This document shows, in pieces, positions 30,958 to 40,914 of a DNA stretch of 64,000 nt (positions within the stretch are counted from its first letter, which is position 1; every line of letters begins with the position of its first letter). Made by a program: the position numbers and the translations under genes. A model generated the notes under the pieces. It saw only the letters and a program-made list of their open reading frames with translations, ran no database searches and was not told the origin of the DNA. Source of the DNA: Minisyncoccota bacterium. Its GTDB lineage: Bacteria; Patescibacteriota; Minisyncoccia; Phycocordibacterales; DATDWN01. The DNA lies in NCBI GenBank assembly GCA_041674105.1, contig JBAYWK010000003.1, positions 11,971 to 75,970 on the forward strand. Direction: 5' to 3'.

Positions 30958-31674
30958 TTATATCATGACTATCATCAAGGAGTTTGTGTCTTTGACATAG
31001 ATAAAATTTGGGTCATCTCCGGTTATAAAATCTGGATCTGTTCCAGTGTATACAGGCATAAAATTTCTTATATTGTATGAATCATATATATCCATAGCGT
31101 AGACATTTTTTTCTGTAGAGAAAATGATAACATCATTTCTGTCTTTATAAAATTCTACATTTTTTATAGGTGTGTCAGATTTTATTATAAGGCCACTTCC
31201 CGAATCTGTTTTGAAAGATATTTCATCTTTGTTTGAAACCCAAATCTTTGTGGAATTGTCTTTTGAAATCTTAGGGTTATCTAAGGTAGGGATTTTTTCG
31301 GTTGATATTTTATTTTTTATATCAAAGTATTCAGGATCATTCTCGTTTATTATTTGACCCGACGGATATTGGCTGACCATAAAAGGCTCTAAAGTAACAT
31401 CTTTATCTTCTAACTCAATCTTTTTTGTCCAAGGAAAATATCCTTCTTTTGCTACTATGATTTCGTAATCTCCTTTTTTTAATGAAGTTGTTATTATTTT
31501 ATTTTCTTCTGAATTATATATACTCTTTTCTCGATTTATGATTACTTGGGTGTTTGGTAAGTATGTAACAATATTTAGATTGAGCTTTCTATTGAAAACA
31601 AAAAAGTAGAGAGAAAAAACAATTATCACTAAAACAAGTGCGATAAAAGTGTATTGTTTTGCTTTATTCTTCAT
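30958..31674 (-). CDS. PEGA-domain membrane protein
   Basis: N-terminal TM, then GDYEIIVAKEGYFPWTKKIEL (PEGA-like). Start re-set to MKNKAKQ; the longer ORF overlaps the mreB start. Confidence 0.5.
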   Translation of the reverse strand: MKNKAKQYTFIALVLVIIVFSLYFFVFNRKLNLNIVTYLPNTQVIINREKSIYNSEENKIITTSLKKGDYEIIVAKEGYFPWTKKIELEDKDVTLEPFMVSQYPSGQIINENDPEYFDIKNKISTEKIPTLDNPKISKDNSTKIWVSNKDEISFKTDSGSGLIIKSDTPIKNVEFYKDRNDVIIFSTEKNVYAMDIYDSYNIRNFMPVYTGTDPDFITGDDPNFIYVKDTNSLMIVMI

Positions 31675-31696
31675 ATTGGATATTATATTACTACAT

Positions 31697-32710
31697 ATGG
31701 GTATTTTTTCCAAAAAATTGGGGATTGATTTGGGTACAGCAAATACATTGGTGTTTGTTCCTGGTAGAGGAGTTGTCCTAAATGAACCTTCGGTCGTGGC
31801 TGTTTCAGAAGAAGACAACAGAATAATGGCTATTGGAATAGAGGCAAAGAATATGATAGGTAGAACCCCCGAAAGTATCATTGCTTATAGACCAATGAAA
31901 GACGGAGTAATAGCTGACTATAGAGTTACAGAAGCAATGCTTAGATATTACATAGACAAAGCTATGGGTAAATGGAATTTCATAAAACCTGAAGTTTTGG
32001 TATCAGTACCAGCAGGAGTAACCTCCACTGAAAGAAGGGCTGTCATAGAAGCTGCCATAAGAGCTGGTGCAAAAAATGCTTATGTGGTCAAGGAACCAAT
32101 ACTTGCCGCCATAGGTGCAGGAATTCCAATCCATGAACCTGTCGGTCATATGATAGTTGATATAGGTGGAGGAACTACAGATGTTGCTGTTATTTCTTTA
32201 GGGGGAATAGTTGCTTCTATGTCTGTAAAATGGGCCGGTAACAAGATAGACTCTGCTATTACAGATTATATTAAAAAGACTTTTAATCTCGGAATCGGTG
32301 ATAAAACAGCTGAAGATATAAAAATAAAAATAGGATCGGCTATACCTTTGGATGAAGAATTATCTACTACAATAAAAGGAAGAGATTTTATAACGGGGTT
32401 ACCTAGAAGTGTAGAGATGAAAACAAATGAAGTTGTAAAAGCCATTAGTAAGGATTTGAGAGAAATGATAAAAGCTATAAAAGATGTGCTTCAAGAAACT
32501 CCACCAGAGCTTGCTTCAGATATTATAGACAAAGGTATTATTATGACAGGAGGATCATCACAATTGAGAAATTTTCCAGAACTGGTTTTTAGGAGAACAG
32601 GTGTAAAGGCCGTCTTGGCTAAGGATTCTTTATATTGTGTGGTCAAAGGGACAGGTATTGCTTTAGATCATTTAGATACATATAAGAAAAGTATAATATC
32701 TAAAAGATAA
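31697..32710 (+). CDS. mreB: Rod-shape protein MreB paralog 1
   Basis: Actin-fold motifs LGIDLGTANT, VDIGGGTTDVA, MTGGSSQL. Start re-set to MGIFSKK. Confidence 0.85.
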   Translation: MGIFSKKLGIDLGTANTLVFVPGRGVVLNEPSVVAVSEEDNRIMAIGIEAKNMIGRTPESIIAYRPMKDGVIADYRVTEAMLRYYIDKAMGKWNFIKPEVLVSVPAGVTSTERRAVIEAAIRAGAKNAYVVKEPILAAIGAGIPIHEPVGHMIVDIGGGTTDVAVISLGGIVASMSVKWAGNKIDSAITDYIKKTFNLGIGDKTAEDIKIKIGSAIPLDEELSTTIKGRDFITGLPRSVEMKTNEVVKAISKDLREMIKAIKDVLQETPPELASDIIDKGIIMTGGSSQLRNFPELVFRRTGVKAVLAKDSLYCVVKGTGIALDHLDTYKKSIISKR

Positions 32711-32719
32711 TATTCTTTT

Positions 32720-33376
32720 ATGAATAATATTTCGCTAGAACCATCTTTTTTACATCACGCTTATCTTTTAGTGGGAGACAGAAGCTCCTCAAAATCTTTT
32801 TTGGTGGATTTTTTAGGTAATCAATTAAATATTTCAATATCAGGGAACTCTGATGTCAGAGTTATTTCAGTCGATAGTCTTTCTGTTGATTTTGTTAGAA
32901 GTATAAAAGTATCAGAAGAGTTTAAAGCTTTTGGCGATAAAAAAAAGATATTTATTATAGAGACAGATTTTATTACTGAAGAAGCTCAAAATGCCTTACT
33001 CAAGATTTTTGAAGAGCCAACTAAAGGAACTCATTTTTTTGTTAACATATCTCAAGACATTATATTACCAACTCTTAGATCTAGGATGCATATAATAAAT
33101 ATAAAAGATCTAAATGAAAAGAACACAAAAGCATTACCTGTGTCAGTTCTAGATAGAATGAAGAAAGTAAAGAGTATAGTAGATGATATATCTGATGAAA
33201 ATCAAACTAAACAAAGTGCTGTTGATTTTTTAAATAATATAGAAATGGAGTTGTATAAAAGTGGAGTAGAAAAAAACCATAAAGCATTAGTTTTATGCGA
33301 GCAAGCTAGAAAATCTTTATACGATAGGGGAGCTCCTATAAAAATAATATTAGAATCGTTGATTTTGTCTCTCTAG
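32720..33376 (+). CDS. holB: DNA polymerase III delta'-like clamp-loader subunit
   Basis: HHAYLLVGD, then EEAQNALLKIFEEPTKGTHFFV...LPTLRSRMHII (sensor-1/SRC-like). No intact Walker A, as in delta'. Confidence 0.7.
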   Translation: MNNISLEPSFLHHAYLLVGDRSSSKSFLVDFLGNQLNISISGNSDVRVISVDSLSVDFVRSIKVSEEFKAFGDKKKIFIIETDFITEEAQNALLKIFEEPTKGTHFFVNISQDIILPTLRSRMHIINIKDLNEKNTKALPVSVLDRMKKVKSIVDDISDENQTKQSAVDFLNNIEMELYKSGVEKNHKALVLCEQARKSLYDRGAPIKIILESLILSL

Positions 33377-33415
33377 GCTAGCTTTTTAGACTTTTCTGTT
33401 ATAATATGTTGGTAT

Positions 33416-33967
33416 ATGGCTTATAATTTTTCTTCATTTAAACAAAGCACTTCTGAATTAGAAGACTGGCTTAAGAAAGAATTTTCTACGATAAGAACGG
33501 GCAGGGCTAACTCAGCTGTTTTAGACGGTGTCTTGGTTGAGATGTATGGCTCTAAAATGCCGATAAATCAATTGGCCACAATATCTACTGAAGATGTTAG
33601 GATTATAAGAATATCTCCTTGGGACAAATCTTCTTCAAAAGAAATAGAGAGAGCTGTTACGGCTGCAAATTTAGGTCTTTCTATTACTGTTGATGATAAA
33701 GGTCTTAGGATAATATTTCCAGAATTAACTTCAGAAAGAAGAGTTGGGTTAATTAAATTAGCAAAACAAAAACTAGAAGATGCCAAAATCACACTAAGGA
33801 ATGAAAGAGAAAAAATAGTAAAAGATATTGATGTCAGACAAAAATCTGGAGAATTGTCTGAAGATGACAAGTTTAGAATAAAAAATGAACTCCAAAAATT
33901 AGTCGATGAATTGGGAGAAAAACTGGATTCTATTTTTGAGAAAAAAGAGAAGGAAATCACTGAATAA
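33416..33967 (+). CDS. frr: Ribosome recycling factor
   Basis: LKKEFSTIRTGRANSAVLDGVLVEMYGSKMPINQLA is the hallmark RRF N-terminus. 183 aa. Confidence 0.9.
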   Translation: MAYNFSSFKQSTSELEDWLKKEFSTIRTGRANSAVLDGVLVEMYGSKMPINQLATISTEDVRIIRISPWDKSSSKEIERAVTAANLGLSITVDDKGLRIIFPELTSERRVGLIKLAKQKLEDAKITLRNEREKIVKDIDVRQKSGELSEDDKFRIKNELQKLVDELGEKLDSIFEKKEKEITE

Positions 33968-33978
33968 TCTAATAAAAT

Positions 33979-35079
33979 ATGACAGTTTTAATTTTCATAC
34001 TGGTACTGGCTGTTTTAATCTTTGTCCATGAACTTGGCCATTTTTCTGTCGCCAAAAAATTTGGCATCAAGGTAGATGAGTTTGGTATGGGCATACCCCC
34101 TCGTGTCTGGAGTAAAAAAATAGGAGAGACCCTTTATTCAATAAATCTGATACCTTTTGGAGGATTCGTAAAAATTTTTGGTGAAGATCCTCATATGGAA
34201 GAAATAAAACCTGAAGATAAAAAGAGGAGTTTTTTTTATAAATCAAAATGGGTTCAAGCTGCTGTCTTATCTGCTGGGGTTATTTTTAATGTTATATTTG
34301 CTTGGCTACTTTTGTCTCTTGGTTTTATGTTGGGTTTTACTGCACCAGCAAATTATATATCTTATGCTGAAATTCAAAACCCTCAGGTGGTTATACTTCA
34401 GACACTAGATGGTTCTCCCGCGAAAGAGTCAGGACTTAAGACTGGAGATGTGTTGCTTTTTGTTGGCACAGGCAAACTTTCACTACAAGATGAAAGTTTG
34501 ACTCCAGAAAATATTTCAGATCTTATTTCAAAATCTGGACCTTCTGAAAACATAGAGGTCTTATATAAGAGAGGAGAAGAAACTCCAAGGAGTGCTATCA
34601 TAGAACCTGTTTTAAATTCACAAGGAAAAAGAACGATAGGTATATCCATGGATATAGTAGGTAAAATAAAACTACCTTTCTACCTGGCTTTTTACGAAGG
34701 AGCTAGGGCTACAGTTCTTTTAACTTCTCAAACGGTTATCGGCCTTGGGACATTCCTTTGGAACATAGTTTCTTTTCACTCTGATTTCTCACAGGTTTCC
34801 GGTCCAGTTGGTGTTGCTACAATGGTTGGTGAAGCATCTCATTTGGGTTTTGTTTTTCTTCTTTCTTTTGTAGCTTTGATATCTATAAACTTAGCAGTTA
34901 TAAATCTTGTACCTTTTCCGGCTTTGGATGGGGGAAGACTTTTGTTTGTACTTATAGAGACGATAATACGAAGACCTTTACCATCGTCTGCTGTTAGATG
35001 GACAAACGCTATCGGTTTTATATTGCTCATCTTGCTTATGTTTACAGTTACAATTAAAGATGTCATAAAACTTTTCTAG
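33979..35079 (+). CDS. rseP: RIP metalloprotease RseP (site-2 protease)
   Basis: HELGHF zinc motif in TM1, PDZ domain, C-terminal LDGG motif. Confidence 0.8.
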   Translation: MTVLIFILVLAVLIFVHELGHFSVAKKFGIKVDEFGMGIPPRVWSKKIGETLYSINLIPFGGFVKIFGEDPHMEEIKPEDKKRSFFYKSKWVQAAVLSAGVIFNVIFAWLLLSLGFMLGFTAPANYISYAEIQNPQVVILQTLDGSPAKESGLKTGDVLLFVGTGKLSLQDESLTPENISDLISKSGPSENIEVLYKRGEETPRSAIIEPVLNSQGKRTIGISMDIVGKIKLPFYLAFYEGARATVLLTSQTVIGLGTFLWNIVSFHSDFSQVSGPVGVATMVGEASHLGFVFLLSFVALISINLAVINLVPFPALDGGRLLFVLIETIIRRPLPSSAVRWTNAIGFILLILLMFTVTIKDVIKLF

Positions 35080-35227
35080 AACCTTTTTTGACCAGTATAT
35101 TTTTTTGAGATACTATGTATCTACATGTCCCGTTAGATATTTAAAAATTTGAAAACTAATGGGACGTAATTAAGTATCATTATCATTTAAATTTTATTAG
35201 CCCTAGGGTGCTAATATCACTAATGGG

Positions 35228-36475
35228 ATGCGACAATCACAACTATTTACAAAAACACGAAAAGAAGTCCCCGCGGATGAAGTATCAAAAAATGCTGAGC
35301 TTTTAATAAGAGCTGGTTTTATAAACAAAGAAATGTCTGGAGTTTACAGCTATCTTCCTTTGGGTCTTTTGGTTCTAAAAAAAATAGAAAATATTATTAG
35401 AGAAGAAATGAATATTATCGGTGGACAAGAAATATTGATGACTTCTCTTCAAGATAAAGAGGTCTGGGAAAAAACTGGTAGATGGGATGATGATGTTGTT
35501 GATGTTTGGTTTAAGACTAAGCTAAAAAATGAGACAGAAGTTGGCTTGGCTAATACACACGAAGAAGCTGTTTCTAAAATAGTAAAAAACTATGTTCAGT
35601 CTTATAAAGACTTACCTTTTTATACTTATCAATTTCAGACAAAATTTAGGAATGAAACAAGGGCTAAAAGTGGAGTAATGAGGACAAGAGAGTTTATTAT
35701 GAAAGATCTTTATTCTTTTCATATAGACAATCAGGACCTGGATGATTTTTATGAAAAATGTGCAGATGCGTACAGTCATATATTTGATAGAGTTGGTTTG
35801 GGAGAATATACCTATAAGACTTTCGCTTCAGGTGGTATATTTTCTAAATATAGCCACGAATTTCAAACAGTTTGTGAAGCTGGTGAAGACATAATATATA
35901 TAGATGAAAAGAAAAAAATAGCTGTAAATAAAGAGGTTTATAATGATGAGGTCTTGGCTGATCTAGGTCTGGATAAGAGTGGCCTTGTAGAAAAAAAAGC
36001 GATAGAAGTTGGTAATATTTTTAAGCTAGGAACTAAATTCTCAGATCCTTTGGAGTTAAATTATGTAACTTTAGATGGAGATAAAAAACCAGTTATTATG
36101 GGAAGTTATGGTATAGGTCCAGCTAGAGTTATGGGTGCCATAGTTGAATCTTTTGCTGATGAAAAAGGAATAGTTTGGCCTAAAGAAGTTTCTCCTTTTT
36201 TTGTTCATCTAGTTTTACTTGGTGAAAATAAAGATACAAAATATTTTGCTGATAATATTTATACAGATTTGAGAAAAGCTTCTGTGGAGGTTTTGTACGA
36301 TGATAGAGATTTGAGAGCCGGAGAGAAATTTGCTGATTCAGATTTGATTGGTATTCCCATAAGACTTGTTGTTTCAGATAAAACTGTAGGAGAGGGTAAG
36401 GTGGAAATGAAATACAGGACAAGTGCAGAAGTAGAACTTCTTACTTTAGAGGATGTATTGAAAAAAGTTATTTAA
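35228..36475 (+). CDS. proS: Prolyl-tRNA synthetase (short archaeal/eukaryote-like type)
   Basis: Class II motifs (FRNETRAKSGVMRTREF, GSYGIGPARV) and a C-terminal anticodon-binding domain. Confidence 0.8.
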   Translation: MRQSQLFTKTRKEVPADEVSKNAELLIRAGFINKEMSGVYSYLPLGLLVLKKIENIIREEMNIIGGQEILMTSLQDKEVWEKTGRWDDDVVDVWFKTKLKNETEVGLANTHEEAVSKIVKNYVQSYKDLPFYTYQFQTKFRNETRAKSGVMRTREFIMKDLYSFHIDNQDLDDFYEKCADAYSHIFDRVGLGEYTYKTFASGGIFSKYSHEFQTVCEAGEDIIYIDEKKKIAVNKEVYNDEVLADLGLDKSGLVEKKAIEVGNIFKLGTKFSDPLELNYVTLDGDKKPVIMGSYGIGPARVMGAIVESFADEKGIVWPKEVSPFFVHLVLLGENKDTKYFADNIYTDLRKASVEVLYDDRDLRAGEKFADSDLIGIPIRLVVSDKTVGEGKVEMKYRTSAEVELLTLEDVLKKVI

Positions 36476-36533
36476 TAAATTTGTTTTATAGGAGAACAAA
36501 GTATAAGCTAAAGCAGTTTTAGTATATTAATTT

Positions 36534-37595
36534 ATGATCAAAAATTTAGAACAATTCAAGAGATTTCTTTCAAATGATATTGGCATAGACCTTGGTACAG
36601 CAAATACCCTGGTCTATCTTCGTGGTAAGGGAATTATTCTAAATGAGCCTTCAGTCGTAGCTATAAATCAAAAAACAGGCCAGGTTGTTGCAGTAGGAAC
36701 AGATGCAAAAAATATGCTCGGTAGAACTCCGGGGCATATTGTAGCGGTCAGACCTCTAGTAGATGGAGTTATTTCAGATTTTGAAGTGACAGAGGAAATG
36801 ATAACTTATCTTTTACGAAAAGCTGAAAAAGATAATAAAAAACTCATAGGTCCTAGGGTTGTGGTCGGAGTCCCTTCTGGAATCACAAATGTTGAAATAA
36901 GGGCGGTAAGAGACGCCACAAAAAATGCAGGAGCTTCTGAGGTTTATATTGTAGAGGAACCTATGGCTGCGGCTATAGGAATAAGACTTCCAGTTCTCGA
37001 TCCAGTTGGTAATATGATTATTGATATTGGTGGAGGAACTTCGGATATAGCTGTTATTTCCTTAGGAGGTTTAGTAAGGTCAAAGAATTTACGAGTTGCA
37101 GGAGATAAATTAAATCAAGATATAATTTCTTATATAAGAAGTGAATTTAAAATTCTCATTGGCGAAAAGACAGCTGAAAATATTAAAATAACTATAGGAG
37201 CCATAATAGCTGGAAACATACCTCTTGAAGCTCCTATAAAAGGACGGGACTTAATATCTGGTTTACCAAGAGAAGTTATCGTAACTGACTCTGATATTAG
37301 AGAAGCAATTTCTCAATCGATAGATACCTTAATAGAAGCAACCAAAGAAGTGTTGGAAACGACGCCTCCCGAAATTTTATCAGATGTTATGCAAAGAGGA
37401 ATCTATCTGACTGGTGGAGGAGCTTTGATAAAAGGTTTATCCGAATTAATATCTGAATATACAAAAGTTCCTGTGCATATTGCTCAAGATCCTTTGACTG
37501 CTGTGTGTAGAGGAACAGGAATTATACTTGAGAAACTTGATACGTATAAAGACGTCTTAATTGCAAAAGAAGATGAATTACCACCTAAAAAGTAA
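36534..37595 (+). CDS. mreB: Rod-shape protein MreB paralog 2 (heads the mreBCD-mrdA group)
   Basis: IGIDLGTANT, IDIGGGTSDIA, LTGGGALI motifs. Confidence 0.9.
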   Translation: MIKNLEQFKRFLSNDIGIDLGTANTLVYLRGKGIILNEPSVVAINQKTGQVVAVGTDAKNMLGRTPGHIVAVRPLVDGVISDFEVTEEMITYLLRKAEKDNKKLIGPRVVVGVPSGITNVEIRAVRDATKNAGASEVYIVEEPMAAAIGIRLPVLDPVGNMIIDIGGGTSDIAVISLGGLVRSKNLRVAGDKLNQDIISYIRSEFKILIGEKTAENIKITIGAIIAGNIPLEAPIKGRDLISGLPREVIVTDSDIREAISQSIDTLIEATKEVLETTPPEILSDVMQRGIYLTGGGALIKGLSELISEYTKVPVHIAQDPLTAVCRGTGIILEKLDTYKDVLIAKEDELPPKK

Positions 37596-38367
37596 GTCAA
37601 AATCAAATAGTAAAAAAATACTAGGTCTTATTGTACTAATAATTACTGTACTTTTTTTAGCGACTTATTTATTTTTACCGACAATACAGTCTTTTTCACA
37701 TACGACAGCTTTGCCCGTTTGGACATTTAGAAATTATACAACTAGTAGTGTAGCATCATTATTTGGCTCTTTTAGGACAAAACTCTCTCTAGTAGAAGAA
37801 AATAAATCATTAAAAGAACAATTAGAAAGTTTAAATTTAAAACAGCTTGATTATGATGTTTTGATGAAAGAAAATCAGGATTTAAAAGATCTTTTGGGAA
37901 GGCCATATGTTCAAAATAAAATAATAACCAGAATAGTTTCTAAACCCCCCAGGTCTCCTTATGATACTTTCATAATAGATGCAGGATTAGATAATGATAT
38001 TTTGGAAGATAGTTTGGTTTATATTTCTGGAAATATAATAGTTGGAAAAGTTTCTAGTGTGATGAGTCATTCTTCTATTGTTACTCTTTTTTCTACTAAT
38101 GATGTAAAACAACAAGCTATTTTAGAAAGAACGGGGGCTATGTATGAATTGATTGGCAAAGGAGGAGCAAATTTTTCTATTGAATTACCAAAAGATGCTG
38201 ATATTTTATGGGGAGATGTTTTTCTTTATCCAACTATAAATTCGTCTATTATGGGTAATGTCTATTACATTGATACAAATTCCCAAAGTGCATTTAAAAC
38301 CGTTTTTGTGAGAGTCCCTGGAAATGTTTTTGAATCAAAATGGTTGTTTGTAGAAAAGGACAAATGA
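37561..38367 (+). CDS. mreC: Rod-shape protein MreC
   Basis: N-terminal TM, coiled-coil, beta-rich C-terminal domain, position after mreB. The start may be a few codons downstream. Confidence 0.6.
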   Translation: MQKKMNYHLKSKSKSNSKKILGLIVLIITVLFLATYLFLPTIQSFSHTTALPVWTFRNYTTSSVASLFGSFRTKLSLVEENKSLKEQLESLNLKQLDYDVLMKENQDLKDLLGRPYVQNKIITRIVSKPPRSPYDTFIIDAGLDNDILEDSLVYISGNIIVGKVSSVMSHSSIVTLFSTNDVKQQAILERTGAMYELIGKGGANFSIELPKDADILWGDVFLYPTINSSIMGNVYYIDTNSQSAFKTVFVRVPGNVFESKWLFVEKDK

Positions 38368-38621
38368 TTAGAAATCCATATATAAGAATATTTTTGTTTT
38401 TCGTTGCTTGGTTTTTGCTCCTAGTTTTACCTTGGTGGCTGACTTTGGTTGTTTTAGTAGGCCTGGCTGTTTATGTACCTTTTTATTTAGAAATAATATT
38501 TTTTGGCTTAGTTTTTGATATAATCTATGCAAGTCCAAATATTTTTTCTCATTATGGTTTTATTATAGGGACAGCTTTATTTTTTACTGTTTTCTATGGC
38601 AGAAATTATTTTAGGACTTAA
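38340..38621 (+). CDS. mreD: Rod-shape protein MreD-like small polytopic membrane protein
   Basis: Hydrophobic 93-aa protein between mreC and mrdA. Confidence 0.45.
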   Translation: MVVCRKGQMIRNPYIRIFLFFVAWFLLLVLPWWLTLVVLVGLAVYVPFYLEIIFFGLVFDIIYASPNIFSHYGFIIGTALFFTVFYGRNYFRT

Positions 38622-38630
38622 ATTTTATTT

Positions 38631-40328
38631 ATGTTAAACAAATTATTTTCTTTTATAAAAAGAAGAAAAACTACCTATAAGACTATTGATCCTGATGAAA
38701 TATTTTTGGATTCTCAAAATCTACCAGAGTTTAATGTCCATCAATTTGAAGGAAAAATAGAAAAACCAATTGGTAAAAGCGTGTTTGCTATATTTTATGG
38801 TGCACTTTTTTTGGTTTGCTTAGCGTTTGTTTTCAAGTTGTGGAATTTACAGATAGTCCAAGGAGAAACTTTTAGAGAGAGGAGTGAAAATAATCGTCTT
38901 CACAATACAATTATATTTGCAGATAGAGGAAATATTTTAGACAGAAAAGGTAAGCCAATTGTTTGGAATACATTAAATCCAGAAACACCTGATTTCTCCC
39001 TTCGTGTATATGCTACTTCCACTGGTCTATCTACAACTTTAGGTTATTTAAAATACCCTGCGAAAGATTCATCAGGTTTTTATTATCAGTATAATTTTGA
39101 CGCTAAAGATGGCATAGAAAAAATTTATGATGACCAGCTTAGGGGCATAAACGGTAAAAAAATACTAGAGACAAATGTTTCTGGGTATACGATTTCTGAA
39201 AGTGTTATAGAACCTCCAAAAAATGGTAATGATCTGACATTATCTATTGATACTGATGTGCAGAAAAAGCTTTATGAAGCAATGATTGATCTATCTAATA
39301 AAGCCGGTTTTAAAGGTGGTTCAGGTATAATTATGGATGTTAGAACAGGAGAAATAATAGCCCTAGCCAATTTTCCAGAATATGAATCTCAAATAATTAC
39401 AGATGGAACAGATAAAGATAAAATAAATAAATGGTTAAACGATTCAAACAATCCTTTCTTAAATAGAGCTATTCAAGGTTTATATACTCCAGGATCTATA
39501 ATGAAAATATTTGTTGGTCTTGGGGTTTTAGAAGAGGGGGTTATAGACCCGAGTAAGAAAATTATTAGTACAGGTTCTATTTCTATTCCAAACCCATATG
39601 TTCCAGACAAACCTTCTGTTTTTAATGACTGGAAAGCTCATGGTGCTGTAGATTTTAGACAAGCTTTGGCTGTTTCTTCAAACATATATTTTTATAGTGT
39701 CACTGGTGGTTATAAGGATCAAAAGGGGATAGGTATAGCAAATATACAAAAATATGTAGAGATGTTTGGATTTGGCACAAGTACAGAGATAAATTTTCCT
39801 GGAGAAAAGTTTGGAATAGTTCCAAATCCTGAGTGGAAAAAGAAAGTCTTTGATGGAGAAATTTGGAGACTTGGTGACACTTACAACACTGCCATAGGCC
39901 AATATGGTTTCCAGGTCACACCTATTCAATCTGTCGTGGCTGTTTCTGCTGTTGCAAATGGAGGAAATCTTCTTATTCCCACTTTAATTAAAGACTCTAC
40001 TCCGGTTATTATTAAAAATGTGGTTCTAGATAAAGCAAGTTATAGGATAGTAAAAGAAGGAATGCGTTTAGGCGTGACAAATGGAACCTCTGCTTCCTTA
40101 AATGTTCCATACGTTAAAGTTGCTTCAAAAACAGGTACTGCTCAAATAGGTTTGTTAAAGAATCAAGTCAACTCTTGGGTTGTTGGTTTTTTTCCTTATG
40201 AAAATCCAAAGTATGCCTATGCTGTTATAATGGAAAGGGGGAGTAGCACAAATCAGTTTGGAGCGGTGGGAGTTATGAGAGAAGTTTTTGATTGGATGAA
40301 TTTATACGCAAATGAATATTTACAATAG
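38631..40328 (+). CDS. mrdA: Penicillin-binding protein 2 (elongasome transpeptidase)
   Basis: N-terminal TM, SxxK (TPGSIMK), SxN (SSN), KTG (KTGTAQ) transpeptidase motifs. Confidence 0.85.
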   Translation: MLNKLFSFIKRRKTTYKTIDPDEIFLDSQNLPEFNVHQFEGKIEKPIGKSVFAIFYGALFLVCLAFVFKLWNLQIVQGETFRERSENNRLHNTIIFADRGNILDRKGKPIVWNTLNPETPDFSLRVYATSTGLSTTLGYLKYPAKDSSGFYYQYNFDAKDGIEKIYDDQLRGINGKKILETNVSGYTISESVIEPPKNGNDLTLSIDTDVQKKLYEAMIDLSNKAGFKGGSGIIMDVRTGEIIALANFPEYESQIITDGTDKDKINKWLNDSNNPFLNRAIQGLYTPGSIMKIFVGLGVLEEGVIDPSKKIISTGSISIPNPYVPDKPSVFNDWKAHGAVDFRQALAVSSNIYFYSVTGGYKDQKGIGIANIQKYVEMFGFGTSTEINFPGEKFGIVPNPEWKKKVFDGEIWRLGDTYNTAIGQYGFQVTPIQSVVAVSAVANGGNLLIPTLIKDSTPVIIKNVVLDKASYRIVKEGMRLGVTNGTSASLNVPYVKVASKTGTAQIGLLKNQVNSWVVGFFPYENPKYAYAVIMERGSSTNQFGAVGVMREVFDWMNLYANEYLQ

Positions 40329-40405
40329 ATTTGACCAAAGAGGTTTTTTGATATAAAATAATTTCGCGTTATATTTACATTAATTTTTATATAAAAATAC
40401 TTTCT

Positions 40406-40864
40406 ATGAATGAAAAAGAATATCTTACTAAAGAGAAGTTTGATGAATTTACAAAAGAATTAAGCTATTTAAAAGACACAAAAAGAAAAGAAGTAGCAGA
40501 AAGTCTAGAGTATGCTAAAGCTCTGGGAGATCTATCTGAAAATGCTGAATATCACGATGCCAGAGATATGCAGGCAGTTACAGAAGATCGTATAATAAAA
40601 CTGGAGAATCTATTGAAAAATGCAATGATAGTTTCATCAACAGATACAGGTACAGTAAATGTTGGTTCAATAGTTACAGTAGAAAAAGATAGTAAAAAAA
40701 TAATTTATACAATTGTGGGGTCTGAAGAAGCAGATGTAGTTTCAAATAAAATTTCTATAAAATCTCCATTCGGCCAGGCTATTATTGGAAAAAAGAAGGG
40801 TGAGAAATTTGATTTTTTGACTCCAAATGGTCAAATGTCTTATGTTGTTATAGATATAAAATAA
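40406..40864 (+). CDS. greA: Transcription elongation factor GreA
   Basis: Coiled-coil with acidic tip (LGDLSENAEYHDARD) and an FKBP-like C-terminus. Confidence 0.9.
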   Translation: MNEKEYLTKEKFDEFTKELSYLKDTKRKEVAESLEYAKALGDLSENAEYHDARDMQAVTEDRIIKLENLLKNAMIVSSTDTGTVNVGSIVTVEKDSKKIIYTIVGSEEADVVSNKISIKSPFGQAIIGKKKGEKFDFLTPNGQMSYVVIDIK

Positions 40865-40914
40865 GTTTTTGGATTTATATGTAATTATCTGCTACCATAG
40901 ATAATATACACACT

